From contig CAZETV010000001.1 in the NCBI GenBank assembly GCA_964514965.1, positions 540,788-572,787 on the forward strand: a stretch of DNA of 32,000 bases. Reading direction: 5' to 3'. Origin of the DNA: Candidatus Hadarchaeota archaeon (GTDB lineage Archaea > Hadarchaeota > Hadarchaeia > Hadarchaeales > Hadarchaeaceae). Under the pieces are notes generated by a model. The model saw only the letters and a program-made list of their open reading frames with translations, made no database searches and was not told the origin of the DNA. A program made the position numbers and the translations under genes. This document shows positions 9,501 through 16,762 of the stretch, piece after piece (the first letter of the stretch is position 1; the number at the start of each line of letters is the position of its first letter).

Positions 9501-9687
9501 GTGGAGCACCCTTCTTGTTTTCCACGTCCCAGCCTAGGAGCCTGAGCAAAGGGTCGATGAACTCCTGCCTTGTCTGGATTTCTTTGTAAGCCGCGTCAGA
9601 GCGAACATACTGGTTGCGATTCCGTTCGTACTTCTCCACTAGCTCACGGAGTTCGGCCATCATAGCTTCTCGAACTACGTCTGCCAC
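6589..9687 (-). CDS. Type IIG restriction endonuclease-methyltransferase fusion (Eco57I-like)
   Basis: N-terminal PD-(D/E)xK: EPDYGLRVAGKRKLFVEAKKP. Central gamma-class methyltransferase: VADIACGSGTFLL (motif I), IIVGNPPYIRIQN (motif IV). A long C-terminal region is consistent with a target recognition domain. GTG start is preceded by AAGGTGGT. Confidence 0.85.
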   Translation of the reverse strand: MADVVREAMMAELRELVEKYERNRNQYVRSDAAYKEIQTRQEFIDPLLRLLGWDVENKKGAPLHLREVIHGTSVEAEEESGQLPKEPDYGLRVAGKRKLFVEAKKPSVHIERNKQPAFQLRRYGWTARLPVSVLTNFEHLVIYDCRFLPKPEDDVRVARLKIYSYNEYVQKFDEIYEQLSRESVYSGRFDKVFDVEREIEGTQPFDDYFLRQIEGWREALAKDLATRNPSLAQDTLNFLVQRLINRIVFLRICEDRELEKYKRLQKVESYDELKELFLKTDKRYNSGLFDFVEDQLSLDVEVGSDNLIQIFQELYYPESPYAFSVMDATVLGEIYELFLGKEVRLGEGRKVEIEDKPEAVESGVIPTPSFIVDYITDQTVASACDGKTPDHLSSLHVADIACGSGTFLLAAYEHLLNYHREWYLKDGSEKHKDKLYRGPQDQWYLTLREKQRILLNNIFGVDIDIQAAEVTRFSLLLKTLENETAATIKDHLERHRVKALPNLSDNIQCGNSLVDTSSYLKFNPDGLDDENLLRSINPLDWRDAFPEIFKEGGFDIIVGNPPYIRIQNMVKYTPEEVSFYQSGKCPYETSKSDNFDKYALFIERAVSLLTEDGVLGYIVPHKFTKIKSGKALRKLISEGKNLRCFVDFGVQQVFHPRSTTYTCILILGNAPAERFVVEHVPDLSAWKYERRGVTEEYNADDISEEPWVFLPPSVKELFGRLNQENPATLESVANIFVGVQTSADEIYIFRPEKETDNYIHFTDKDGTPRKVEKAIVRPSLLDAPLECFGTPKANTYIIFPYKVKSGRAIVYTPREMQENFPECWKYLQDYRDELIEDRSIQGGTPETWYRFGRSQSLTKFDGRDKLIWPILSLEPRYVHDDHNILFTGGGNGPYYALRPKDDSEISIHYLQAVLSHPVFEAMVEERSSKFRGGYYSHGKQFIKDLPIKLTDENNKGEAELYKKIVSLTTKLIDVTAKWEKAQTPQTKTRYQRLLTQLRKKLDETIEEFYEVNKEDVGVLEELSRKLRGVEEE

Positions 9688-9703
9688 TCAGTACCACCTT
9701 GGG

Positions 9704-9904
9704 TCAGGCTTTTCCCTCCTCTTTCCAGAATAAATAGATTCTACCACTGGTTTTATGGGCGACATCCTTCCTTTCAATTGCGAGGCGCAACAGCACCCGC
9801 TGCGCTGTCTTATAAGAAATCTTCAATTTTTTGGATACTTCACTAGGCGTGACTGGTTCTCGTGAAAGTAATCGGTAAATCTTTTGCTCCCATTCGTGCC
9901 CCAT
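9704..9904 (-). CDS. Small winged-helix DNA-binding protein, possible RM controller
   Basis: 66 aa from the ATG (the track start at 9922 is TTG). The pattern YRLLSREPVTPSEVSKKLKISYKTAQRVLLRLAIERKDV is wHTH-like. The stop lies 16 nt upstream of the RM gene start, on the same strand. Confidence 0.5.
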   Translation of the reverse strand: MGHEWEQKIYRLLSREPVTPSEVSKKLKISYKTAQRVLLRLAIERKDVAHKTSGRIYLFWKEEGKA

Positions 9905-10024
9905 CGGTCCAGCTCCACTCAATTGTCCAATTAATTTTACGTGGTTTCGTCTTTTAAATAGATTTGCCAGAGAGGTGACCGAAAGTAATATTTAACCCCC
10001 GCCCGCATCGCCCCACTTTAATAA

Positions 10025-10891
10025 CTACTTCTTCTGCTTGAATTCGCCCCTAACGAAAAGATAAGAAACAACAAAGCCGAAAGCAAATCCAATAAGGTGA
10101 GCATTTATGTCAATTATCCCTTTACCAATTCTTAAACTCTCAGGAAAAATGAAGGCTAGGCCAAAAATGTAGATAAAAAGTATTGGGCGAAAAAACCTAT
10201 TTTCTGCATAGTGTATCTGAGCTGATTTAAAACAGGCTTTCGTTGTTGGATTTCTCAAAATTTTGATTAAAAGGCCAGAAAATGCCACGATCAAAACTAA
10301 CAAGATTACGATTTTGTGGGGAGCAGGGTCGAAGTATGTGGGGAGGACTAGGATAAAACTTAACAGCAAAACAAGGTTCATAAAACCCGAAATTCCAGTT
10401 TTCCAATTACACGATTTCTTAAGGTAATTCAAAGTAAAATAAGGGAGAATTCCAAAAAGTGCCGAAACAATCCCTGAAAATCCCATAGATTTACTGGCAG
10501 GTAATGACAGAAAAGTCTCGCTAGCAGGGATAAAATAAGAAGTGGCAGCAACCAACCACGGCAATAGACCAAAAATTATTCCCATCATCAACCAGAATTT
10601 TTTCCTTTGCCCTATTTGTTGGCTCAACAAGTAAACAGGGATTACAAACATAAAATACCAAAAATAATTCCCTACCAGATGCCCAGACTCTTCGTGGATA
10701 AAATTAGTGGTATAAAAAGAAACGAGACTTGGAGTATCGTGATGCAATATCAATTTGTCTTTTATTGAGGGCGGAAACAAAAATAGCGCCAAAAGCACAG
10801 CGGGAATTACCACGACTAACAGAAACAAATCTTTCTTGAAGTGAGGTTTCTTAAATGCCCCCAACGCTTTTTTTAACTTGCCCACCGACAT
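10025..10891 (-). CDS. Rhomboid-family intramembrane serine protease
   Basis: FIHEESGHLVGNYFW (Hx4HLxxN), MGFSGIVSALFG (GxSG catalytic Ser), NAHLIGFAFGF (AHxxG catalytic His). About 7 hydrophobic segments. The ATG at 10891 shares one nt with the upstream TGA (TGATG). AT-rich. Confidence 0.7.
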   Translation of the reverse strand: MSVGKLKKALGAFKKPHFKKDLFLLVVVIPAVLLALFLFPPSIKDKLILHHDTPSLVSFYTTNFIHEESGHLVGNYFWYFMFVIPVYLLSQQIGQRKKFWLMMGIIFGLLPWLVAATSYFIPASETFLSLPASKSMGFSGIVSALFGILPYFTLNYLKKSCNWKTGISGFMNLVLLLSFILVLPTYFDPAPHKIVILLVLIVAFSGLLIKILRNPTTKACFKSAQIHYAENRFFRPILFIYIFGLAFIFPESLRIGKGIIDINAHLIGFAFGFVVSYLFVRGEFKQKK

Positions 10892-11475
10892 CAATGAACT
10901 TCCATCTTTTTGGTTGGTTTAGGCAGTAGTTTCAATTTTATAAGAATTTTTTCTATTTTTTCATGAATAGCTTGAAGTTTTTTGTTCAAATCGTTAAAAT
11001 ATTTGTCAGTTAATTTTTGTTCACTTAGTTTTCCCCTTCCGTCAATGTATTGTAAGCAAGCTTGGAATTTTAGGTTAGGCTCTTGTTGGTAAAAAATTGG
11101 CCCGTGCGCCCATTTGTTTCTCTCGGTTATCAATGCCCCTAAAGATTTGAAAAGCTCTTTTTGTTCGTCTTGTTTTAGGTATTTACCCACCTTCACAATC
11201 TCCTTAAAAATATCGATTTTCACTGTTAAGGGGATAGAACGAGAATTCAATATTTTTTCTGACAACACGGTTTTGAATTTCGATTTTTTAGAAATCATGC
11301 TTTTTTCAATAATCTTGTTGATGTCTTCCTCTATGCCGATAATCAACTCAATAAAATGCCCCCTGATATACTTCAAGTGGCGCATTTGTTCATTGTAATC
11401 CTTGAATTGTTCAGGCCCCATTTCCACCTTGGATTTTGGGGGAATTCGTATCCAGTGCATATGTGCTCTGGGCAT
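10891..11475 (-). CDS. HEPN-domain protein (Rx4H motif), putative RNase
   Basis: ITERNKWAHG gives R-N-x-x-A-H, matching the HEPN Rx4-6H signature with Asn after Arg. The composition is K/E-rich and looks helical. GGGAGGGGTGAG precedes the ATG, and a TATA-like ctttatatc (minus strand) lies at 11506-11514. Very AT-rich (17 G+C in nt 10981-11040). Confidence 0.5.
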   Translation of the reverse strand: MPRAHMHWIRIPPKSKVEMGPEQFKDYNEQMRHLKYIRGHFIELIIGIEEDINKIIEKSMISKKSKFKTVLSEKILNSRSIPLTVKIDIFKEIVKVGKYLKQDEQKELFKSLGALITERNKWAHGPIFYQQEPNLKFQACLQYIDGRGKLSEQKLTDKYFNDLNKKLQAIHEKIEKILIKLKLLPKPTKKMEVH

Positions 11476-11563
11476 ATCTCACCCCTCCCAATTTGTCTCG
11501 TTGAACTTTATATCCTCAAAGACCGCTAGGAGCCGAGACTCAACGGACTGGTTCTCCCACTCC

Positions 11564-11758
11564 TTACGAAAACTCATCAAAATCAACCCACCTCACCCGC
11601 GCCACCAGTTTCACAAGCCACACCGTGAACTCATCCATACCTTCAAACGGGTCAAGTTTGGGAAGTTCTTGAATTAGCTTCTCCACTAACCGTTTTCTTT
11701 CCTCACCTCTGGCACGGTCGGCGCGGCGGGCGAGGCCCTTGAGTTGGCGGTAGTTCAT
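11564..11758 (-). CDS. Hypothetical small protein (64 aa)
   Basis: ORF starting 14 nt after the rad50 stop on the same strand, with GC content like rad50. No recognisable motif, so it could be spurious. Confidence 0.3.
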   Translation of the reverse strand: MNYRQLKGLARRADRARGEERKRLVEKLIQELPKLDPFEGMDEFTVWLVKLVARVRWVDFDEFS

Positions 11759-11772
11759 AAGGTTCGCTCCAA

Positions 11773-14175
11773 TCAGCTCTCGGCCGTTCTAACCTCGCAG
11801 AAACCTGCCTCGTTTTTGAGGCAGGTGCGCTTGACTCCCTCTGGGTCTATCGCGTTCAGGAAAGCGGGATCGTGCGACACTACGATTACCTGTTCCAGCT
11901 TGAGGGCGCCTCCCTTCATCTCCTTGACGAGGTTGGCGAGGAGCTGCCCGAGCCGCTCTCTGTTTCTATTGTCGACCCATATGGTTGGCTCGTCAAGCAC
12001 CAAAATTCGCGGAACCGATGTCTTCCAGAGGAGGTTGAGGAAGGCTACGCGGAATGCTATTGATGCCAAGACCCTCTGCCCGTGGCTTGAAATCGTATTG
12101 AAGGGTATTTTCTCACCAGTTGCGCTTAACCGGACGAGCAGAGTTTCCGTGACAAGAGTTTTTTCGCCATCTTCTTCCACCTCTTCAACCATGACCTCCA
12201 ACTCAACCATTGGCAGGTCTGACCGTGGGTAGAGCAATGGCCAAATCCACCGTAGGTTGTGATTGATCATGTCCCTGTATTCCACCAGAAGTTCGTGGAG
12301 GGATACCTTAGCTGCTTCGCATGCCAGTTTGACTTCATCGGCAAAAGCGCACGTTACTTCATGCCTCTTTTCGGCTTCAGCGAGTCTACCGTAGTAAACT
12401 CTTGCATTCTCCTCGTTTTGTTTTACGAGTTTGATCTGGGGTCCGAATCCCCCTATCTTCGTCACTATTTTCCGCAACTTTTCCTGAAGTCTTTCGTTCC
12501 GAATCCTCAACCTTATTGACCGTTCTTTTAACTTGGGCAAAAGCTTGGTTTCTCTTTTTAAAATCCTGACCTCTTGGTTTAACCTGTCGATATCTTCAAA
12601 GGTTTCCGCCAGCTGTATTTTTTCCCTAATCTCGTCTATTAACTGCTCCAACTTCTTTTCTTTTTTCTTAATTGCTTCTTCTTTTTTAAGGAGCGATGGT
12701 AGCTTCTTTCCTGCGGACTTCAAATTCCTTTCCGCCTCGGATAGCCTACTAGTAAAATCACCCAATTTTCGAAGATTGTCTGTCACTTTCTCTATTAGAG
12801 TAATAATCTCTCCAGCGTTCTTGGACTCCGCGGTTTTTTTCTTTACCTCGGCCTTGAGTTTTTTTAGGAGTTCCAGTTTTTTCCTCAAGATTCTCTCCCG
12901 CTTTTCCGAGGTGAGGCTTGTATCGCAAACGGGGCAGTTGGCTTTCGCTTTTTTAAGCATGCTCACATAGCCGCCTTGGTCCCTCGATTGGGCCTCTAAT
13001 CCGCCAATCCCTTTTGCGAGTTTCTGAAGCGCCTTTTGCTGAGATTTTTTGAAGCGATCAACGTCTTTGGCGTTCTTGAATTCAACTTTAATCCCTTTTT
13101 CTTCTAAAGACCGGATAAGAGCACGATACTCTTCAGAGCACTTTTCAATTTTTGACACGAGTTCGTCCTTTTTCCTCGTTGCGTTCTCCACCGCCCTCTT
13201 TTGCTCTATGGCGTCCGCACCAACGCTTGTCAGCCTCGTTCTCAAGCTTCTGAGCTGACCATCAATGCTTTTTTCCCTTGCTTTAAACCAGTTGGATGTT
13301 TTCTTGGGCTTGGCCTTTCCATCAACCTCTCGTCTTTTTCCGTCGATTTGCTCGTCCAATTTATTCAGGCCACCAACTTTTTGTTCTAAACCTGTGATCC
13401 TGCTTTCAAGTTTGTCATGGTTTTCTCTCAAAGTCGTGGCCACGGATTCGAGTTCAGCTTTTTTCCTTTCTTCCGCGTTTCGCTTTCGTTCTAACAGTTT
13501 TCGTTGCTTTTCATATTCTTCAGGCGGCGCCAATTTCAGGTTCTCTATATCCCGCTTAATGCGTTTGACTTCTTCCTTACATCTCTCGGACTCATCATCG
13601 AGCATCGAGAACGAACTTTTGGCGTTCGTGTAGATGCGCTGAAGGGCCTCGAATCTAAAAAGCTTGGAAAGCTTTGCCCCCACGTCTTTAGGCGCCCTTA
13701 CGGGCCAGAGGAGTTTCACGGGATCCTGTGTTTGAATCAGTATGTCTTCGAGTATCTCTTCAGTGGTTCCCAGCCGATCCATAACAAGTCGTTGCATATC
13801 GGTCTGACGACGTGCGACCTCCAGTTCGCCAACTTTTTTCAGCTCTGTTCCATCGCACATTATTGACCATTTGACCTTTTCCCCCACCAGATATTTTCTT
13901 ATTGAATATTCTTTTCCGTCTCTATCTGTTATGGTGAGGGTCGCCTCGAAGGGACCCATATCCCTCGGCTCCAAGGTGCGGTACTCATCGAATCGGCTAA
14001 CATCGATTTTCTTGTGCAGGAGATTGAAGAGGGTCAGCGTAACTATGGAGGACTTGCCGGTCGCGTTGTCGCCGAGAACTAAGTTTATCCCAGGCGAAAA
14101 TTTGACGACATTGTTCTTGTCTCCGTATCCTCTGAAATTCTTCATCTCAGCCGCGTTAATCAGACCCAACTCCAA
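11773..14175 (-). CDS. rad50: Rad50 DNA double-strand break repair ATPase
   Basis: Walker A GDNATGKSS; long K/E-rich coiled coil; zinc hook ANCPVCDT; signature SHGQRVLASIAFRVA; Walker B ILVLDEPT; H-loop VVSHD. Overlaps the mre11 3' end by 20 nt. Confidence 0.9.
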   Translation of the reverse strand: MELGLINAAEMKNFRGYGDKNNVVKFSPGINLVLGDNATGKSSIVTLTLFNLLHKKIDVSRFDEYRTLEPRDMGPFEATLTITDRDGKEYSIRKYLVGEKVKWSIMCDGTELKKVGELEVARRQTDMQRLVMDRLGTTEEILEDILIQTQDPVKLLWPVRAPKDVGAKLSKLFRFEALQRIYTNAKSSFSMLDDESERCKEEVKRIKRDIENLKLAPPEEYEKQRKLLERKRNAEERKKAELESVATTLRENHDKLESRITGLEQKVGGLNKLDEQIDGKRREVDGKAKPKKTSNWFKAREKSIDGQLRSLRTRLTSVGADAIEQKRAVENATRKKDELVSKIEKCSEEYRALIRSLEEKGIKVEFKNAKDVDRFKKSQQKALQKLAKGIGGLEAQSRDQGGYVSMLKKAKANCPVCDTSLTSEKRERILRKKLELLKKLKAEVKKKTAESKNAGEIITLIEKVTDNLRKLGDFTSRLSEAERNLKSAGKKLPSLLKKEEAIKKKEKKLEQLIDEIREKIQLAETFEDIDRLNQEVRILKRETKLLPKLKERSIRLRIRNERLQEKLRKIVTKIGGFGPQIKLVKQNEENARVYYGRLAEAEKRHEVTCAFADEVKLACEAAKVSLHELLVEYRDMINHNLRWIWPLLYPRSDLPMVELEVMVEEVEEDGEKTLVTETLLVRLSATGEKIPFNTISSHGQRVLASIAFRVAFLNLLWKTSVPRILVLDEPTIWVDNRNRERLGQLLANLVKEMKGGALKLEQVIVVSHDPAFLNAIDPEGVKRTCLKNEAGFCEVRTAES

Positions 14176-15487
14176 GCACCCCGTTCAGTTTTTCCGTGAC
14201 CCTTTTCTTTGCAGCGGCGGATGTTTTTACCTCAGAAAAAATTTGGTAGAGTTCCTCGGGTGAGAAATGCTCCCCCGAAAAGCCGAGCTGGCGAAGCTTT
14301 TGGCAGAACCGCTCGAGAGGGGCGGAAAACATCGCACCGGCTTCCACGGCGCCACGCAGTTTTTCGAGACGTTCCAGTTCCTCTTCGGTGTATAGGTCGC
14401 TCGGGATCATCATCTCTGACCAGTTGTGTACCTTGTCCCTGTATCCGCTGGCAATCCCCTCCAAATCTAGCTCCGCCCGCTTGGTCTTAGAGGCCAGTTT
14501 CCCCGTTAAGTAAACCTTAACGCGTGGTTTTTTCTCCAACCCGTCGAGCGGGAGGTCGTTCAACACATCCAGAATTTTGTTTTTCGCCTGCCCCGCGGTT
14601 AAATTCTCGCACGTAATCCTTCGGTGGAACACCTGCCTCGCTTTCTTGAGTTCGAAAGATTTTAAGGCGATGCGATTTTCGGCCCCAATTTCAATAAGGT
14701 GCACGTATTTTCTGCCCTCTTCTTGCTGGGACACGCTGGTCGCGTTAGTGGCGCCAGGAACCAATATCTTGGTTTTAAGGTCTCCTCGTTTTTCAGCTTG
14801 GAGAGCCCCCCTGCCGTCCAAGCACGCTTTGTGGGCATGTCCCATCACCACATAATCGATATTCTGGAAGGGGCTCAAATCCACATACTCGGAAGCGGGC
14901 ACGGTTCCCTCAACCGCGTTATGGATGCACGAGATATTGACGCAACCCGTTTTGTGAGGGATGCCGCACTTTGATATCGATTCGTTGATGTAGCCCTCGG
15001 GCCTGTGGCCCGCGCCCGTTAGCAAAACTCTAGTCCCACCTTTTTTTATTACAATATGTTTCGACGCAAATTTGTTGTCGGGGTCCACATCGAGGTAGTT
15101 GACATACCCCGCCGATACGAGATGCTGAAAAGGCGGCGCAGGTGCTGGTCTTCCGATTGGGCGATCATGCGTGCCATGTATTAGAAAAACTGGTACAGCA
15201 ATGCTCACGTCTTCGGCCTCAAAATTGACTTTCCCTTCCAAAACTTCTAGGTTCGGCTTTCGGCCAGTAATGATCGAACGGAGAATTGTCGTGGCTTTAT
15301 CGTGAATCCACGGTTGGGGGTCGGTTCGGTCGTAGAAGTCCCCCGCGTGAAGTATCACATCAGCACCTGCGTTAACAAGGGTCTCTAGGCCCTCCTCAAA
15401 GGTCTCAAACGGATCCATCCGCAACTCCGGGTCTATCGAAGATGCACCCAAGTGCGTATCGGAGAGGATGCCGATTTTCAAACTCAT
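14156..15487 (-). CDS. mre11: Mre11 nuclease (calcineurin-like phosphoesterase)
   Basis: Phosphoesterase motifs ILSDTHLG, HAGDFYD, LIHGTHD, MGHAHK. Gene order mre11-rad50. Confidence 0.9.
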   Translation of the reverse strand: MSLKIGILSDTHLGASSIDPELRMDPFETFEEGLETLVNAGADVILHAGDFYDRTDPQPWIHDKATTILRSIITGRKPNLEVLEGKVNFEAEDVSIAVPVFLIHGTHDRPIGRPAPAPPFQHLVSAGYVNYLDVDPDNKFASKHIVIKKGGTRVLLTGAGHRPEGYINESISKCGIPHKTGCVNISCIHNAVEGTVPASEYVDLSPFQNIDYVVMGHAHKACLDGRGALQAEKRGDLKTKILVPGATNATSVSQQEEGRKYVHLIEIGAENRIALKSFELKKARQVFHRRITCENLTAGQAKNKILDVLNDLPLDGLEKKPRVKVYLTGKLASKTKRAELDLEGIASGYRDKVHNWSEMMIPSDLYTEEELERLEKLRGAVEAGAMFSAPLERFCQKLRQLGFSGEHFSPEELYQIFSEVKTSAAAKKRVTEKLNGVLGVGSD

Positions 15488-16344
15488 TTCTTCGCCTCCT
15501 TTTGGGGCCGAAAGACTTTCTTGGCCGTTTTTCCCTCTTTCGCGAGGACTTCGTTCATGGCTTCTACAAATGCCTCCTTTATTGCTGGCTTAAGCGACTC
15601 GGCAAATATCCTCATGGTTTCTTTGAGTTCCTCTTCTCTTTGGGTTACAAGGGTCTCCATCTTTTCTTTCAGTAAAACTTCGGGGATTTGTGGTCCAGAT
15701 TTTTTGGAAATTCCACCGTAGATATCATCGGAGGTCCACTCAAAATCGCTCCTTAAATCCACGGAATCTGGCAGTTCATCGATTTTTTTAAATATTTTTT
15801 TCCTGTTCAGAATGGGGCAGTACTTGTACTTCGATCTCTTAATCTCGGAGCTTACATTTTCTTTGATTCTCTTCTTGTTCACATGAAAAATTCCCTTTTC
15901 ATCGAATTTTCCTTGTGTGATCCCTATCTCCTCAGCGCCGTATCTCGGCCCCCATAACCCCCTAACGCCAGCATTACTGAATCCAAGCCATCTGCATATG
16001 CCGTTGCAGTCTTTTTTATGATCGTAATGACAAGTAATGGCACTCAGCTCCCTATATTGAATTTTTTTTCCGTCCACCTCAACCCGAGTCGCGGACCAAC
16101 GTCCAGTCATCCCGACTAATTCACAAAAACGTTCGCTCAGCTCCGACCTTTTGGCTAGCTCCAACTTGGTTACAGCAACGATGTGCTTGCCCTCTTCTTG
16201 TTTGTAATTTGGCATCGATTTGGCCAGCTCTATTGCATCCCCTAGGGAGGGGCTCGTGGTCTTCTCCGTGAAAATCAGCTTATACTCCAATGTACTCTCC
16301 CCCACCTTACTGGTGCTGGTTGCCTGATAAATAAGAGTGAACAA
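15484..16344 (-). CDS. Hypothetical protein translationally coupled to mre11
   Basis: ATGA stop/start overlap with mre11. Cys-containing central region (CHYDHKKDCNGICRW, YCPI) and a helical K/E-rich C-terminus. No HerA or NurA motifs recognised. The listed start is TTG, so the true start is uncertain. Confidence 0.55.
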   Translation of the reverse strand: MFTLIYQATSTSKVGESTLEYKLIFTEKTTSPSLGDAIELAKSMPNYKQEEGKHIVAVTKLELAKRSELSERFCELVGMTGRWSATRVEVDGKKIQYRELSAITCHYDHKKDCNGICRWLGFSNAGVRGLWGPRYGAEEIGITQGKFDEKGIFHVNKKRIKENVSSEIKRSKYKYCPILNRKKIFKKIDELPDSVDLRSDFEWTSDDIYGGISKKSGPQIPEVLLKEKMETLVTQREEELKETMRIFAESLKPAIKEAFVEAMNEVLAKEGKTAKKVFRPQKEAKK

Positions 16345-16620
16345 GAATGCCAGCCCCCGAGTGAAACATTTGGCAAATTTTTAACTGCAAAGAGGTAAAT
16401 AAGAGATCAAAACAATTGGAAACTCGAGATAGCGGAAACTACTTTTTGAAATCCTTTTTTATTTCAGGATCTTTGGAATTCAGAATATCCACCCCAATAG
16501 GTACCCGATCGCAAACCAGTAGAGGAGATCGAAGTTAAATCAGAAAAGACGCTCTATAACTAATACTTTTTGCCGACCGCATCGTTTAGTTATTTCCCCA
16601 GTTCCCCAACGACCGCTTTT

Positions 16621-16662
16621 TTGCACATAAATTCATGAATTCCGTTGCTTGCACATAAATTC
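16621..16662 (+). repeat. Two copies of ttgcacataaattc spaced 28 nt apart
   Basis: Exact 14-mers at 16621-16634 and 16649-16662, in the intergenic region just upstream of a tRNA-3'-like fragment. They contain a TATA-like ataaatt. Confidence 0.5.
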
Positions 16663-16680
16663 GAGAAATGATCGACAGAA

Positions 16681-16707
16681 GGGGTTCGAATCCCGCCTGC
16701 CGCACCA
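16681..16707 (+). other. Orphan tRNA 3'-end fragment (half T-arm + acceptor + CCA), att-site-like
   Basis: In ggggttcgaatcccgcctgccgcacca, the stretch GGGTTCGAATCCCGCCTGCCGCA matches the 3' 23 nt of the tRNA-Gly gene at 22164-22186 (opposite strand) at 22/23 positions. The 5' T-stem partner and the rest of the tRNA are absent. Confidence 0.55.
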
Positions 16708-16762
16708 TAAAATAAACTCTCATTTCACTGGTAAAATGGATAGGGGAGATTTTCCATAACTG

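Noticed and set aside
6589-9687. BREX PglX-type methyltransferase instead of a restriction enzyme.
   Set aside because: An N-terminal PD...EAK nuclease motif is present, a companion methyltransferase is encoded, and no BrxA/B/C, PglZ or BrxL genes are nearby.
12259-14263. Series of plus-strand ORFs (86-145 aa) inside rad50.
   Set aside because: They lie antisense to the K/E-rich coiled coil. The S/F/L-rich low-complexity translations are mirror artefacts.
11773-15487. SMC-like ATPase plus phosphoesterase as a Lamassu/SbcCD-type defence module.
   Set aside because: The canonical Rad50 zinc hook (CPVC), full ABC signature set, Mre11 motif set and mre11-rad50 order fit the housekeeping archaeal complex. 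No effector-type gene was recognised.
16600-16707. Split-tRNA 3' half gene or full tRNA with a large intron.
   Set aside because: No 5' T-stem partner (GCGGG), no anticodon-stem remnant, and no complementary acceptor strand (GCGGCAG) within several hundred nt upstream.
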